Position numbers and translations under genes: made by a program. Under the pieces are notes generated by a model. It saw only the letters and a program-made list of their open reading frames with translations. It made no database searches and was not told the origin of the DNA. DNA of 64,000 nucleotides, from NCBI GenBank assembly GCA_965217895.1, contig CBDCJV010000002.1, positions 5,024,001-5,088,000 of the forward strand, given 5' to 3'. Numbering within the stretch: position 1 is the first letter of the stretch; the number at the start of each line of letters is the position of its first letter. This stretch comes from Waterburya sp. GTDB taxonomy: Bacteria; Cyanobacteriota; Cyanobacteriia; Cyanobacteriales; Xenococcaceae. Shown piece after piece: positions 42,001-51,441 of the stretch.

Positions 42001-42092
42001 TAAACCTAAATGCCGACACTTCCCGTTATATTAATGATTTGGTCGTGGAAGAATATATGAATGAGTTTAATAATACAGGGTTTGGAGCTTAG
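39027..42092 (+). CDS. hsdR: Type I restriction enzyme R subunit
   Basis: RPD...IEVK nuclease motif, WHTQGSGKT, DEVHRS, LTGFDA, QALTRVNR. Confidence 0.95.
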   Translation: MTFNEDTRVKIPTILHLNRLGYTYLSLKSNPKRDEETNIFTDLFKKSVADINEGIENRDLDNLIKDIKLSLDNEDLGKAFYQMLVEKSGIKLIDFKDFSRNQFQVVTELTYKNGDEEFRPDITLLINGMPLVFIEVKKPNNREGVLAERDRLNQRLRSAKFRRFINITQLMVFSNNMEYDDDSQHPIEGAFYASASYHQPIFNYFREEKQLNLSDLLAPEDERRENAILKDTNCNIIKHSPEFITNKNPDAPTNRICTSLFSKDRLGFLLQYAIAYVNEADGVEKHIMRYPQIFATKAIAKKLAEGVRKGIIWHTQGSGKTALAYYSVRFLTDYFSQRSLIPKFYFIVDRLDLRDQAHREFTGRGLIVHSINSRDEFAQDIKSTSVIHNNSGKPEITVVNIQKFKDDPDVVRTDDYDVKIQRVYFLDEVHRSYNPRGSFLANLSQSDTNAIKIGLTGTPLLGDDYNSKALFGDYIHKYYYNASIADGYTLRLIREEIATNYRMTLQQALEEVEVMEGDVNKKLVYAHPRFVEPMLDYIIADFERSRAVLSDRTIGGMVICDSSNQAKQMFKIFEAKYQAQADNETGQAVNHNSQLKQNNKVRNAALILHDIGTKEERKQKVEDFKDGKIDFLFVYNMLLTGFDAKRLKKLYLGRVIKKHNLLQALTRVNRTYKDFRYGYIVDFADIRKEFDATNRAYFDELQAELGDEIEHYSNLFKSQAEIEAEIENLKDVLFRFDTDNAEIFSQQISQIQDRTQVQAIKKALGDGRSLYNLIRGSGYYDLLEKIDFQKLNLLYRETSNHLDLLNLKENIANSNDTTNLLNLALEDVLFMFTKVSESELILADQLKNTLRKTREALASNFDPRDPQFIKLREELERLFKKNKLSEVSQGEMNQNIGSLNKIHESIKELNRQNNQLRAKYRGDIKYTCIHKRILERGNISEPERRIYQALNGVKIQADEQVLQNTQILSNENYFVRLMMPIVIKQFMQEQKINLNADTSRYINDLVVEEYMNEFNNTGFGA

Positions 42093-42099
42093 GGATTAA

Positions 42100-43734
42100 T
42101 TGATCACTCTCGATTTTGAACGTAAAACCAAAGAACTAATCGATGGTTTAAAAGGTGTCTGTGCTGCTTATGGTTTGGGTAATGATGGTAATGAATTTAA
42201 AATTATCACCCAGGTATTTCTGTATAAATTCCTCAATGATAAATTTGCTTATGAAGTTAAGCGAATCGATCGCAATATTGCTCAGGCTCAAAAGTGGGAA
42301 CAAGCAATAAATCAGTTAAGCGATGAAGATCGCGATATGCTGCAACTGCAATTAGCTGCTGACACTGCTAGATTAAAATCAGAACATTTTATTGCTCATT
42401 TAGCTCAACAACAGAATGAGCCAGAATTTGCCAAGTTGTTTGACGATACTCTCCGCGATATTGCGATCGCCAATAATGATATATTCTCAGTTAAAACTGA
42501 TGGTGGTGCTAAAGTTACTCTATTCGATCGCGTCAGTGAATTTATTACTGACACTACCAAGCGTGACGATTTTTGTAGAGCGTTGATCAACAAACTGGTA
42601 GGCTTCAGCTTCGAGCATATCTTCACCGAAAAGTATGATTTTTATGCCACTATCTTTGAATATCTGATTAAAGACTACAACAAAGACGGCGGAGGTAAAT
42701 ATGCCGAATATTACACGCCTCATGCAGTAGCAAAAATCATGGCAGCAATTTTAATTCCAGAAGAACAACAAGGTAAAATCCAAAACGTTAGCTGTTACGA
42801 CCCATCGGCAGGTTCGGGTACGCTATTGATGAATATAGCACACGCGATCGGTGAGGAACGCTGTAGCATTTTCTCTCAGGATATATCACAGAAATCTTCT
42901 AGCTTGCTGCGGTTGAATTTGATTTTAAATAACCTGATACATTCGATTCAAAATATTATTCAAGGAAATACTCTACTTCACCCCTATCATCAAGACGGGA
43001 AAGCCTTAAAGCAATTTGACTACATCGTATCAAATCCTCCCTTCAAAATGGATTTTAGCGATTTTAGCAAAGATCTCGATAGTAAGGAAAACAATGAGCG
43101 TTTTTTTGCTGGGATACCTAACATTCCGAAAAAAGCCAAAGCTAAAATGGCGATCTATCAGTTATTTTTGCAGCACATTATTTATTCCCTAAAACCGAAT
43201 GGTAAAGCAGCAGTAGTCGTACCCACAGGTTTTATTACCGCTCAAACTGGTATTGATAAGAAAATTCGCCAAAAACTGGTAGATGAAAAAATGCTGGCTG
43301 GTTTAGTTTCCATGCCGAGTAATATTTTTGCTACTACTGGTACTAACGTTTCGATTCTGTTTATTGATAAAAGCAACAAAGAAGATGTGGTACTAATTGA
43401 TGCCTCAAACCTTGGTACAACAGTTAAAGAAGGTAAAAATCAAAAGACCTTACTTTCTGAAGTAGAAGAAGATCGAATTATTATTACTTTTAACAACAAA
43501 AAAGCTGTTGACGATCTCTCTGTAGTAGTAAGTTATGACGATATTGCTGCCAAAAACTACAGCTTAAGTGCAGGACAATATTTTGAGGTAAAAATTGAGT
43601 ACGTCGATATTACTCATGATGAGTTTGAAGCCAAGATGAAAGGCTTTAGCGATAATTTGGATAAGATGTTTGCAGAGTCTAGGGAGTTAGAAGCTGAGAT
43701 TAAAGAGCAGTTAGCAAATTTAAAATATGAGTAA
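42100..43734 (+). CDS. hsdM: Type I restriction-modification methyltransferase M subunit (m6A)
   Basis: EYYTP, DPSAGSG, NPPF. Confidence 0.95.
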   Translation: MITLDFERKTKELIDGLKGVCAAYGLGNDGNEFKIITQVFLYKFLNDKFAYEVKRIDRNIAQAQKWEQAINQLSDEDRDMLQLQLAADTARLKSEHFIAHLAQQQNEPEFAKLFDDTLRDIAIANNDIFSVKTDGGAKVTLFDRVSEFITDTTKRDDFCRALINKLVGFSFEHIFTEKYDFYATIFEYLIKDYNKDGGGKYAEYYTPHAVAKIMAAILIPEEQQGKIQNVSCYDPSAGSGTLLMNIAHAIGEERCSIFSQDISQKSSSLLRLNLILNNLIHSIQNIIQGNTLLHPYHQDGKALKQFDYIVSNPPFKMDFSDFSKDLDSKENNERFFAGIPNIPKKAKAKMAIYQLFLQHIIYSLKPNGKAAVVVPTGFITAQTGIDKKIRQKLVDEKMLAGLVSMPSNIFATTGTNVSILFIDKSNKEDVVLIDASNLGTTVKEGKNQKTLLSEVEEDRIIITFNNKKAVDDLSVVVSYDDIAAKNYSLSAGQYFEVKIEYVDITHDEFEAKMKGFSDNLDKMFAESRELEAEIKEQLANLKYE

Positions 43735-44905
43735 TTTGGTAAATACTACATTAGGTGAGTTAATCAATTTTCAGAGAGGGTATGATTTACCTAAATCAAG
43801 TTTTATTAGTGGTAATATTCCAGTTGTTTCCTCGAATGGAATATTAGGATATCACAATGAATACAAAGTTATTGGCTCTGGTATCACAATAGGCAGGAGT
43901 GGAACAGTAGGGTTACCACATTACATTGAGACAAATTTTTTTCCTCACAATACTTCTTTATTCGTTCAAGATTTTAAGGGAAATGACAAAAAGTATATCT
44001 TTTATCTTCTAAAATATTTAGATTTAAGTAATAAAAAAAGTGGTTCTGGTGTACCAACAATGAACAGAAATCACTTGCACCCATTAAAGATAAAGGCATA
44101 TTTAGATTCAAAGACTCAACAAAAAATCGCATCTGTTCTATCTGCGCTTGATGCCAAGATAGAACTTAATAATCGCATCAATGCTGAGTTAGAGGCAATG
44201 GCAAAAACTCTTTATGATTATTGGTTTGTGCAGTTTGAATTTCCAGATGAAAACGGTAAACCTTATAAATCATCTGGTGGCAAAATGGTTTACAACCAAA
44301 CTTTAAAACGAGAAATTCCTGAAGGTTAGGAAGTAAAAAAGCTAATTAATCTTTGCAATAAGATTGGAGATGGAATACATGGAACTCCTAAATATGTTAG
44401 TAGTTCAAACTATAGTTTCATCAATGGAAATAATCTAAAAAGTGGTTTTATTACAATTGATAATGAAACTAAAAGAATTAGCGAAAATCAATATAAAAGA
44501 TATTATGTAGAACTATCCAACAATACAATACTACTATCAATTAATGGCACTATCGGAAATTTGGCTTTATATTATGGAGAAAATGTAATGCTTGGTAAAA
44601 GCGCAGCTTATATCAATTGCAAAGACAATAATCTTCCCTATTGTTATCAGTTTTTAAGCATGAACAATATTCAAAAAACTTTGTGGAATATTGCGACAGG
44701 TTCAACAATTAAAAATTTATCCTTGGACTCTTTAAAAAGAATATTAATACCATGTCCAGGTATACACTTAATCAATAATTTTTATAGAATTACGAAGCCA
44801 ATAGATGCTCAAAAAATAAATCTGTTTAGAGAAAACCAACAACTTACTCAACTCCGCGATTGGCTGCTACCCATGCTAATGAATGGTCAAGTGACAGTAA
44901 AATAA
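43727..44905 (+). pseudogene. hsdS: Type I specificity subunit interrupted by one in-frame TAG at 44327-44329; may still yield a functional 200-aa half-HsdS
   Basis: One reading frame of 393 codons from 43727 to 44905 reading REIPEG*EVKKL; conserved regions LDAKIELNNRINAELE and LRDWLLPMLMNGQ. Confidence 0.9.
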
Positions 44906-45090
44906 ACAAATAGACAATATAGCAATGAAGCAAAGTTTAGGTGTTTTGAACAGACGTACATCTGATATCCGAAAAATCTAGAAGAACTCAAAAAAGACTT
45001 AACGTAAGATAAGAACTGATACAGCGATTATCAATAGAATTTTAAGAGAACATCTGAAAAGTTATTTTTCTACATTAAAGTTCTTGATTT

Positions 45091-45160
45091 GCCCCCCCAG
45101 CCCCCCAATTCTGGGGGGAGACCGATTGAAAGTCCCCCAAGTTTGGGGGATTTAGGGGGC
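45091..45160. repeat. GC-rich branched palindromic repeat of cyanobacterial type
   Basis: Outer GCCCCC...GGGGGC stem enclosing the hairpins CCCCCCA..TGGGGGG and TCCCCCAA..TTGGGGGA. Confidence 0.7.
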
Positions 45161-45183
45161 GAGTGCGTAAGTCCTAATAGTTA

Positions 45184-45355
45184 ACGTGAGTTCGGGATAA
45201 GCTGAAACCTTTATTAGATAAGTATTTTGAAAATGCTATTTTTTCGCTAAATCTTCTCTTCAAGACAATTAAACAATACTTCAAAAGCTTAAAGCTAAGA
45301 TCAAGCGAGCTTATAGCTACCTAAACAGACCAATCTTGTCAACCAGAACTCACGT
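45184..45355. mobile_element. 172-bp MITE, probably IS982-derived
   Basis: TIRs ACGTGAGTTC and GAACTCACGT; TAGTTA duplicated at 45178-45183 and 45356-45361. Confidence 0.8.
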
Positions 45356-45407
45356 TAGTTAGGGTTTCAAGTTAAATAAATGGTGGATTTATTTACGTTC
45401 AAGTCTA

Positions 45408-46880
45408 CTAATTGATAGTTAGTGTATACTTCCCTTTTCCACCCTCGTCATAAGCATTGACAATAATATTATAAGCACCATCTTCAGGAATGCTTACCTT
45501 AATTTCAGAGTTGCTATCTTTTTCGCTAATATCATCATTCTGCTCGATAATATTACCTTTATCGTCAATTAAAGCCACAAAAGGGTCGAATTCATCGCTT
45601 TCAAGATGAATAGTAAGGGAATCACCCTTCTTGCCTTCAAGGGGATAAGAATCATAGAAACTACCGTCTTCGGGTATGGTGCGATCGCCATCTTCTAATG
45701 CGCCTTGTTCTATATTGTCTAGTGTGCGATCGCTATCAGAGTTAGTGGCAACTTCTTTTGGGTCTTCAGCTTCTAGTTTTTTTGCATCTTCTTCGTTGCT
45801 TGCAGATTCCTCAATTGATTGTTCTTCTACTTTAGTTTGTGATTCAGCTTGCGGTTCTTTATCTGTTTCAGCTTGAGCCACTTCTGCATCTTGATTGTTT
45901 TTTGCTTCTGGAGTTGGAGTCGTTACTTCAGGAACAATAGGAGGAGTTGGAGGTTGAGGTGGCTGAGGTAGAGATTCAGCAACTGTATCTTGGTTAGAAG
46001 CAGGTGCTTGGGTGACAGTAGGTGCTTCTGGAGGCGCAGGAGTTTCCGTATTTTCTGTTGGGCTAGGGGTAGTCTCTGCTTCTGACGTAACAGGAGTCTG
46101 CGTATTTTCTGTTGGGCTAGGGGTAGTCTTTACTTCTGGCGTAACAGGAGTTTCTGGTTTTGCTCTAGCCACTTTTGGCTGGCTAGCAATAGTCTCATTT
46201 TTTGGTTGAGGTTTAGTCTGTGGGTTAGCCTCAGCTACTTCTGTATCAGAAGCTGTATCAGAATAGGCGATCGCACACACCTTAGCATACCGAGGATCGG
46301 GTTTACAAACCACTCCTGTATCTTCAGCATTTGCGCTTAAAAGACTTTTACGGCGACGGCGATCGGGAAATAGCTCATCTACTACTATACTCATGACTAT
46401 GCCTTGAGGGGTAACTCTGCCGTAGCTGATATTTTGAATATTGTTAGCCGTAGCAAAATTATCAAGCTTAGTTGTCGCTTTAGCGGCAGTTTGCTTGGAG
46501 ATGTCCAAAGGAGGTAAGGGTGGTTGTTTTTTGAGAACGGCGATCGCTTCTTCTAAAGCTTTTAATCCTCTATTAGTTCTAACTGGCTTTTCTCCAGGTA
46601 GCCTAAGCCAAATACCATCATAATATTTTCGCTGTTGTTCTAGCCATTGAGCGTAACCTTGAGGATTGGTTCTAACCCGATTAATTTCTGATAATATCTC
46701 TGGCTCTAAAGCAGTTGAGGTTGGGTTTGCTGCTTGTTGAGTTTTAGGCGGAGATGTTGATTGAGCGATAACTTCGTTAGGCTTGGCCAACGCAGCAGAG
46801 GGATAAATCTCTAAAGCTAGAAGATTAATAATCAGACTAAAGATGTAGAACGGAATACTGCCCAGAAAAACTTTTACCAT
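45408..46880 (-). CDS. Secreted protein: degenerate CAP domain, Pro/Thr/Glu linker, PPC domain
   Basis: Signal peptide ending ALA; EINRVRTNPQGYA...NISYG (CAP); DGSFYDSY...LESDEFDP...NDD...GKYTL (PPC); ATG at 46880 preferred. Confidence 0.82.
   Translation of the reverse strand: MVKVFLGSIPFYIFSLIINLLALEIYPSAALAKPNEVIAQSTSPPKTQQAANPTSTALEPEILSEINRVRTNPQGYAQWLEQQRKYYDGIWLRLPGEKPVRTNRGLKALEEAIAVLKKQPPLPPLDISKQTAAKATTKLDNFATANNIQNISYGRVTPQGIVMSIVVDELFPDRRRRKSLLSANAEDTGVVCKPDPRYAKVCAIAYSDTASDTEVAEANPQTKPQPKNETIASQPKVARAKPETPVTPEVKTTPSPTENTQTPVTSEAETTPSPTENTETPAPPEAPTVTQAPASNQDTVAESLPQPPQPPTPPIVPEVTTPTPEAKNNQDAEVAQAETDKEPQAESQTKVEEQSIEESASNEEDAKKLEAEDPKEVATNSDSDRTLDNIEQGALEDGDRTIPEDGSFYDSYPLEGKKGDSLTIHLESDEFDPFVALIDDKGNIIEQNDDISEKDSNSEIKVSIPEDGAYNIIVNAYDEGGKGKYTLTIN
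46030..46160 (-). repeat. 54-bp (18-aa) intragenic tandem repeat
   Basis: CGTATTTTCTGTTGGGCTAGGGGTAGTCT at 46047 and 46101; peptide TTPSPTENT twice. Confidence 0.8.
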
Positions 46881-46949
46881 CTTAGTTTTGTATATTATAC
46901 AACCTCTATTGGGGGATTGAATCAAAGCCCATCCTCGACCATCATCAAG

Positions 46950-47288
46950 CTATGATAAAAATCGATTTAGGGAGTTTTTCAATTCTCTAATTTCCACCTC
47001 TAAGTTTCCTTTGTCAACTGCGTTGGTTAAGCACTCATCTAAATGCTCTTCTAAAACAATCTTAGCCACACTAGATATTGCTCCTTTTACCGCTGCTATT
47101 TGATCTAGGACTTCTGGACAAGGACGATGTTCCCGAACCATCGTTTTAATTCCCCGAACATGACCTTCAATGCGAGATAAACGATTAATAATTTTCTTTA
47201 AAGATTCATCACTGTGAACATGGGCATGAATTTCTGGGTTACTGTTAATTGTTGTTAAAGATTTGGAATGATGCGCTCTTTTAATCAT
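46950..47288 (-). CDS. inrS: CsoR/RcnR family metal-sensing repressor, InrS-like
   Basis: HAHVHS, RLSRIEGHVRGI, RPCPEVL, EHLDEC. Confidence 0.8.
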   Translation of the reverse strand: MIKRAHHSKSLTTINSNPEIHAHVHSDESLKKIINRLSRIEGHVRGIKTMVREHRPCPEVLDQIAAVKGAISSVAKIVLEEHLDECLTNAVDKGNLEVEIRELKNSLNRFLS

Positions 47289-47444
47289 GTAGTTTCAGTA
47301 ATTTCTTGACGAGAAAATATAGCAGTCTGGACAACTATTTCTTTATTGTAAATAGACCAGCAGTAAAAAAGCGATGCCGTGATGTTTTTAAGATTTCTCT
47401 TATTTATCCCTGCATCGCTACTAAAACGTGATTATATTTAGTAT

Positions 47445-50400
47445 CTATTCTTCTTCTGCTTCTGCTGCCTTCCTCTCTGAAGCATCTAAGCCTGTATATG
47501 CTCTGGCTGACTTATCGTCTAAAATGACATTCTCATCATCACTCAAATTTTTATAAGAGCGGCGGGGAGTATTATCTAAACCGCCATTTAGCTCTTCTGC
47601 TAAACGATAAGATTCAAAATCTTCACCGTAGCCATAGACTGCACTATTGCGCATTCCAGAATCAGCATCGCTACGACCACCCAGAGGATCGTCGTGAAGA
47701 TTAAAACCAGTCCCAGCAGGAATTAGACGACCAATAATTACGTTTTCTTTCAAGCCTCTAAGCCAATCAGACTTACCTTCAATTGCTGCCTCAGTTAAGA
47801 CCCTAGTTGTTTCTTGGAAAGAAGCTGCGGAGATGAAGCTATCAGTATTCAAGGAAGCCTTAGTGATACCTAGCAGTACAGGAGTGTATTGCGCAGGCGC
47901 ACCACCAGTAATGGACATTGCCTCGTTAACCTGTTCAATCTGGCTTAATTCCAAAAGCTCTCCAGGCAGAATAATTGTATCTCCTCCATCATCAACTCTG
48001 ACCTTAGCAGTCATTTGTCTGACGATGACCTCAATATGTTTATCAGAAATATCAATTCCTTGGCTTTGGTAGACAGACTGTACCTGACGGACTAAGAATA
48101 GCTGGGCTTTTTGTAAACCGATCAAAGACGCTCCATAACAACCTTTTTCTGGTAGGTGAAAATTGAAGTAAGTCTCCAAAATTTCGTGAGGGTTGGCAGG
48201 ACCATCAGTTAAGGGTTCACCAGCTTCAACAACTTGTCCATCACTGACAATGGCATTCTGTCCAGGTTTAATCGGATAATCACTGACTACCCCATCATCC
48301 TCCATGATTTTGACATCTACGGTTTCATTTTCTTCGTAGACTACCTGGCACACTCCAGAGCTACGGCTGAGGATACAGCCTTCTTTTGGTTTACGAGCTT
48401 CTAGAAGTTCTTCAATACGGGGTAAACCTTGAATAATATCCCCTGTTTTAGAACGTTCAAACACCAGCAGCACTAAATTATCGCCACGCTGTACTAAATC
48501 ACCATGATCGATATGTAAGACCGCTCCTTGAGATACACGGTAAGGACGAGTATGACGGAAAATCGCCGTAGTTTTGCCTGCTTTCTCTGTTAACTCAACT
48601 ACCTGTCCTGATTGTTCTAATTTGACTCCCTCAGCCAGTTGTGTACCAGATACTAATAGATCTCCTTGTTTGAAGTTACAGGCACTTTTGGCTTGGTTTA
48701 ATTCATGAGTAACCACATCACTTTCTCGGACAACTAAAATACGGCGAATAGCTTCTGCTCCTTCACGTATCCCCTGTACTTCTCCAGTAGATTTACACTG
48801 AATTTCAGTCCGAGCAATAGTTGCACCTTTGGCAATTTCTTCGCCATCTGTAACCAAAACTTTAGTCTCGACATCACCACTGTGAGGATCTACGTCAGTA
48901 TCTCTTCTTAGTACTAAAGATTCTAAGATAACCATCTGTAAGCGTTTGGTGTCTGGGTCGTCTTCTTCTGGCTGTAGTTCAATATCCGCACTTAAATTGG
49001 CGATAATATCGCTTACTTCGCTCGTGTCGATCTCTAAAATTAACAGGGTGCTAATTAAAGACAAACTATTGACCGATTTAACTCTTTCGCCATCTTTATA
49101 AAAGATTCTTTGGACTGAGCGTAATTCTATTTGACGACCATCATCTTGATTGATAGATGCTTGAGAAGGAATAGAAGGCTCATCTGCCACTTCAAACTCT
49201 CGGACAGGACGGAGAATTAAAGCAGGTCCTTCGGTACTTTCGACAACTTCTCCATATCTTTGTTCGGAAATTATTACTCCAGGCAAAACCTCTGTACCTG
49301 GCTGAATTAGCTGCTCATGCCATTCGCTTTTAGTGTCCTCTAGTTGATGAATTTCTCCTGGCTTAATAATGATTTCTCTGAGGATGTCGTTTTTCTGCAC
49401 CACTTCGACAATACCCGAAGATTGACAGAAGACATCTTTGACTACTTCTGCGCCAGCCTCAACGTATTCGCCGTCTTCAACAATTAGTAGCGAAATATCT
49501 TTGTTTACTTCGTGGCTTTCTTCAGGAATCCAGAGTAAAGTCCCTCCTTTCTCAATTTCATAACCCTGTTTACGATTACCTTTACCGATAGTGATACCAC
49601 CATACTTGATAATTCCTCCTGTTTCCGTACGATAGCGATCGTCAATCAATTCAGCAACGATCTGACCATTCTGTACTTTAGTTCCAGGAGTAGCTTTGAG
49701 TAAGAATCTACGCTCGTCAGCAGTGTAGATAATATACTGTTCGCGACCACCATCGCTTTCAACCTTGACTTTGGCTTGATCCAAAGACACAGATGCAGTC
49801 ACAATTTCTATTTCACGGCTATCGGTAATCATTCTGACCACGCCACCGTTAGCAGCAGTAAGTCGAGTTTGAGCTAGTAAATCTCCTGGCTTAACTTTAT
49901 CGCCGTTTTTCACCAAGGCTTCGGCACCAGGGAGCAGATTATATACTTCTCCTGATAATACCCAAAGCAGTCCTCCTCTTTGAGCTATACGGGTAGTATT
50001 TCCCTGACGATCTTTTTTGTCTTCAGGTACAAGGTCAGCAAACAAAACTTCTCCCGCTAAATCAGAAGTTACGTCTTTGGCGGCTTTTTCTGTGGATTTT
50101 TGTACCTGTACTTTGGCTACTTCGACTAATAGCTGACCTTTCTTGACTTCTTCTCCGTCTTCTACGTAGATTAAAGAACCAGCAGTCAAAGCAGTATTTA
50201 CTGTTTTGCCTTTACTGGGAACTAGGAGTATGTCGCCAATGGTTTCTACTTGGTTTCTCTCATCACCGTGGCGGGTGCGAATTGCACGGGTACTCAGTCC
50301 TTTACCAAATTTAACTGTACCGTCAGATTTAGCACGGATTTGACGGGCTACTTCTCCTGTAAATACTCCTCCTGTATGGAAAGTACGCATGGTTAACTGA

Positions 50401-51380
50401 GTTCCAGGTTCACCAATAGATTGAGCCGCAATAATACCTACTGCTTCTCCCATATCTACCATATGTCCGTGTGCTAAGCTCCAGCCGTAGCATTTTTGAC
50501 ATACGGAGCGAGCCGCCTGACAGGTAAGGGGAGAACGTACCATCACCTCCTCAACGCGATCGCCTATTTCTTGTGCCAAATCGTGGTCAATATCTTGGTT
50601 ACGAGTAGCAATTACCTCTTTAGTTTTCTTCTCTACTACGTCTTCGGCCAGAACCCTACCTAAAAGACGATCTGATAGCTGAATTAAAGTGCGATCGCCA
50701 TCCATCATTGCTTTGATACTAATGCCTCGTTCAGTACCGCAATCGATTTCTCTGACAATTACATCTTGGGAGACATCGACCAAACGACGGGTTAAATAGC
50801 CAGAGTCCGCAGTACGCAGTGCTGTATCTACCAGACCTTTTCTTGCTCCATAAGAAGAAATAATATATTCAGTTACAGTTAATCCCTCACGGAAATTAGT
50901 TTTAATTGGTAAATCAATAATTTCTCCCTGGGGATCGGCCATCAAACCTCGCATTCCCACAAGCTGACGCACCTGAGATAAGTTACCTCGCGCTCCACTA
51001 AAAGCCATCATGTAGACAGAATTAAGAGGGTCGGTAGCGCGGAAATTAGTTACCACCTCATTTTTAAGGTTTTCTGAGGTACTCGTCCAGGTATCAATTA
51101 CCTTTTGAAAACGCTCAACTTCGGTAATTTCTCCACGAGCATAACGTTCCTCTGTCTCTCTAATTTCTACCTCTGCTGCTTCGAGCATTTCAGCTTTAAT
51201 AGGTGGTACTTTCAAATCGTCTACGCTAATAGATACTCCAGCTACCGTGGCATAACGAAAGCCGAGTTCTTTGAGAGAATCTGCCACGGTTGCGCTATGA
51301 GCCGAACCATACTCTGTAAAAGCCGAAGCCATTAGCTTTTTAAGACGACCTTTATCAACGATGTGATTATAAAATTTCAT
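47445..51380 (-). CDS. rpoC2: RNA polymerase beta' subunit, C-terminal part
   Basis: [24 protein letters not shown], large SI3 insertion, ASFQETT. Confidence 0.99.
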   Translation of the reverse strand: MKFYNHIVDKGRLKKLMASAFTEYGSAHSATVADSLKELGFRYATVAGVSISVDDLKVPPIKAEMLEAAEVEIRETEERYARGEITEVERFQKVIDTWTSTSENLKNEVVTNFRATDPLNSVYMMAFSGARGNLSQVRQLVGMRGLMADPQGEIIDLPIKTNFREGLTVTEYIISSYGARKGLVDTALRTADSGYLTRRLVDVSQDVIVREIDCGTERGISIKAMMDGDRTLIQLSDRLLGRVLAEDVVEKKTKEVIATRNQDIDHDLAQEIGDRVEEVMVRSPLTCQAARSVCQKCYGWSLAHGHMVDMGEAVGIIAAQSIGEPGTQLTMRTFHTGGVFTGEVARQIRAKSDGTVKFGKGLSTRAIRTRHGDERNQVETIGDILLVPSKGKTVNTALTAGSLIYVEDGEEVKKGQLLVEVAKVQVQKSTEKAAKDVTSDLAGEVLFADLVPEDKKDRQGNTTRIAQRGGLLWVLSGEVYNLLPGAEALVKNGDKVKPGDLLAQTRLTAANGGVVRMITDSREIEIVTASVSLDQAKVKVESDGGREQYIIYTADERRFLLKATPGTKVQNGQIVAELIDDRYRTETGGIIKYGGITIGKGNRKQGYEIEKGGTLLWIPEESHEVNKDISLLIVEDGEYVEAGAEVVKDVFCQSSGIVEVVQKNDILREIIIKPGEIHQLEDTKSEWHEQLIQPGTEVLPGVIISEQRYGEVVESTEGPALILRPVREFEVADEPSIPSQASINQDDGRQIELRSVQRIFYKDGERVKSVNSLSLISTLLILEIDTSEVSDIIANLSADIELQPEEDDPDTKRLQMVILESLVLRRDTDVDPHSGDVETKVLVTDGEEIAKGATIARTEIQCKSTGEVQGIREGAEAIRRILVVRESDVVTHELNQAKSACNFKQGDLLVSGTQLAEGVKLEQSGQVVELTEKAGKTTAIFRHTRPYRVSQGAVLHIDHGDLVQRGDNLVLLVFERSKTGDIIQGLPRIEELLEARKPKEGCILSRSSGVCQVVYEENETVDVKIMEDDGVVSDYPIKPGQNAIVSDGQVVEAGEPLTDGPANPHEILETYFNFHLPEKGCYGASLIGLQKAQLFLVRQVQSVYQSQGIDISDKHIEVIVRQMTAKVRVDDGGDTIILPGELLELSQIEQVNEAMSITGGAPAQYTPVLLGITKASLNTDSFISAASFQETTRVLTEAAIEGKSDWLRGLKENVIIGRLIPAGTGFNLHDDPLGGRSDADSGMRNSAVYGYGEDFESYRLAEELNGGLDNTPRRSYKNLSDDENVILDDKSARAYTGLDASERKAAEAEEE

Positions 51381-51441
51381 GTCTGATTTTTCCGTTCTTA
51401 GCTATTAAAATTCTTGAGTTTTTAGGGGGTAGAAGTTACGC

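Noticed and set aside
44327..44329. Pyrrolysine or programmed readthrough of the hsdS TAG
   Set aside because: The position corresponds to a conserved Trp (TGG), so a single transition explains it; no pyl genes in the window, and other genes here use TAG as a normal stop.
44561..44905. Separate 114-aa gene
   Set aside because: It is the in-frame distal part of hsdS.
39027..45407. Prophage or integrative element carrying the R-M system
   Set aside because: No integrase, tRNA target, att repeats or phage genes.
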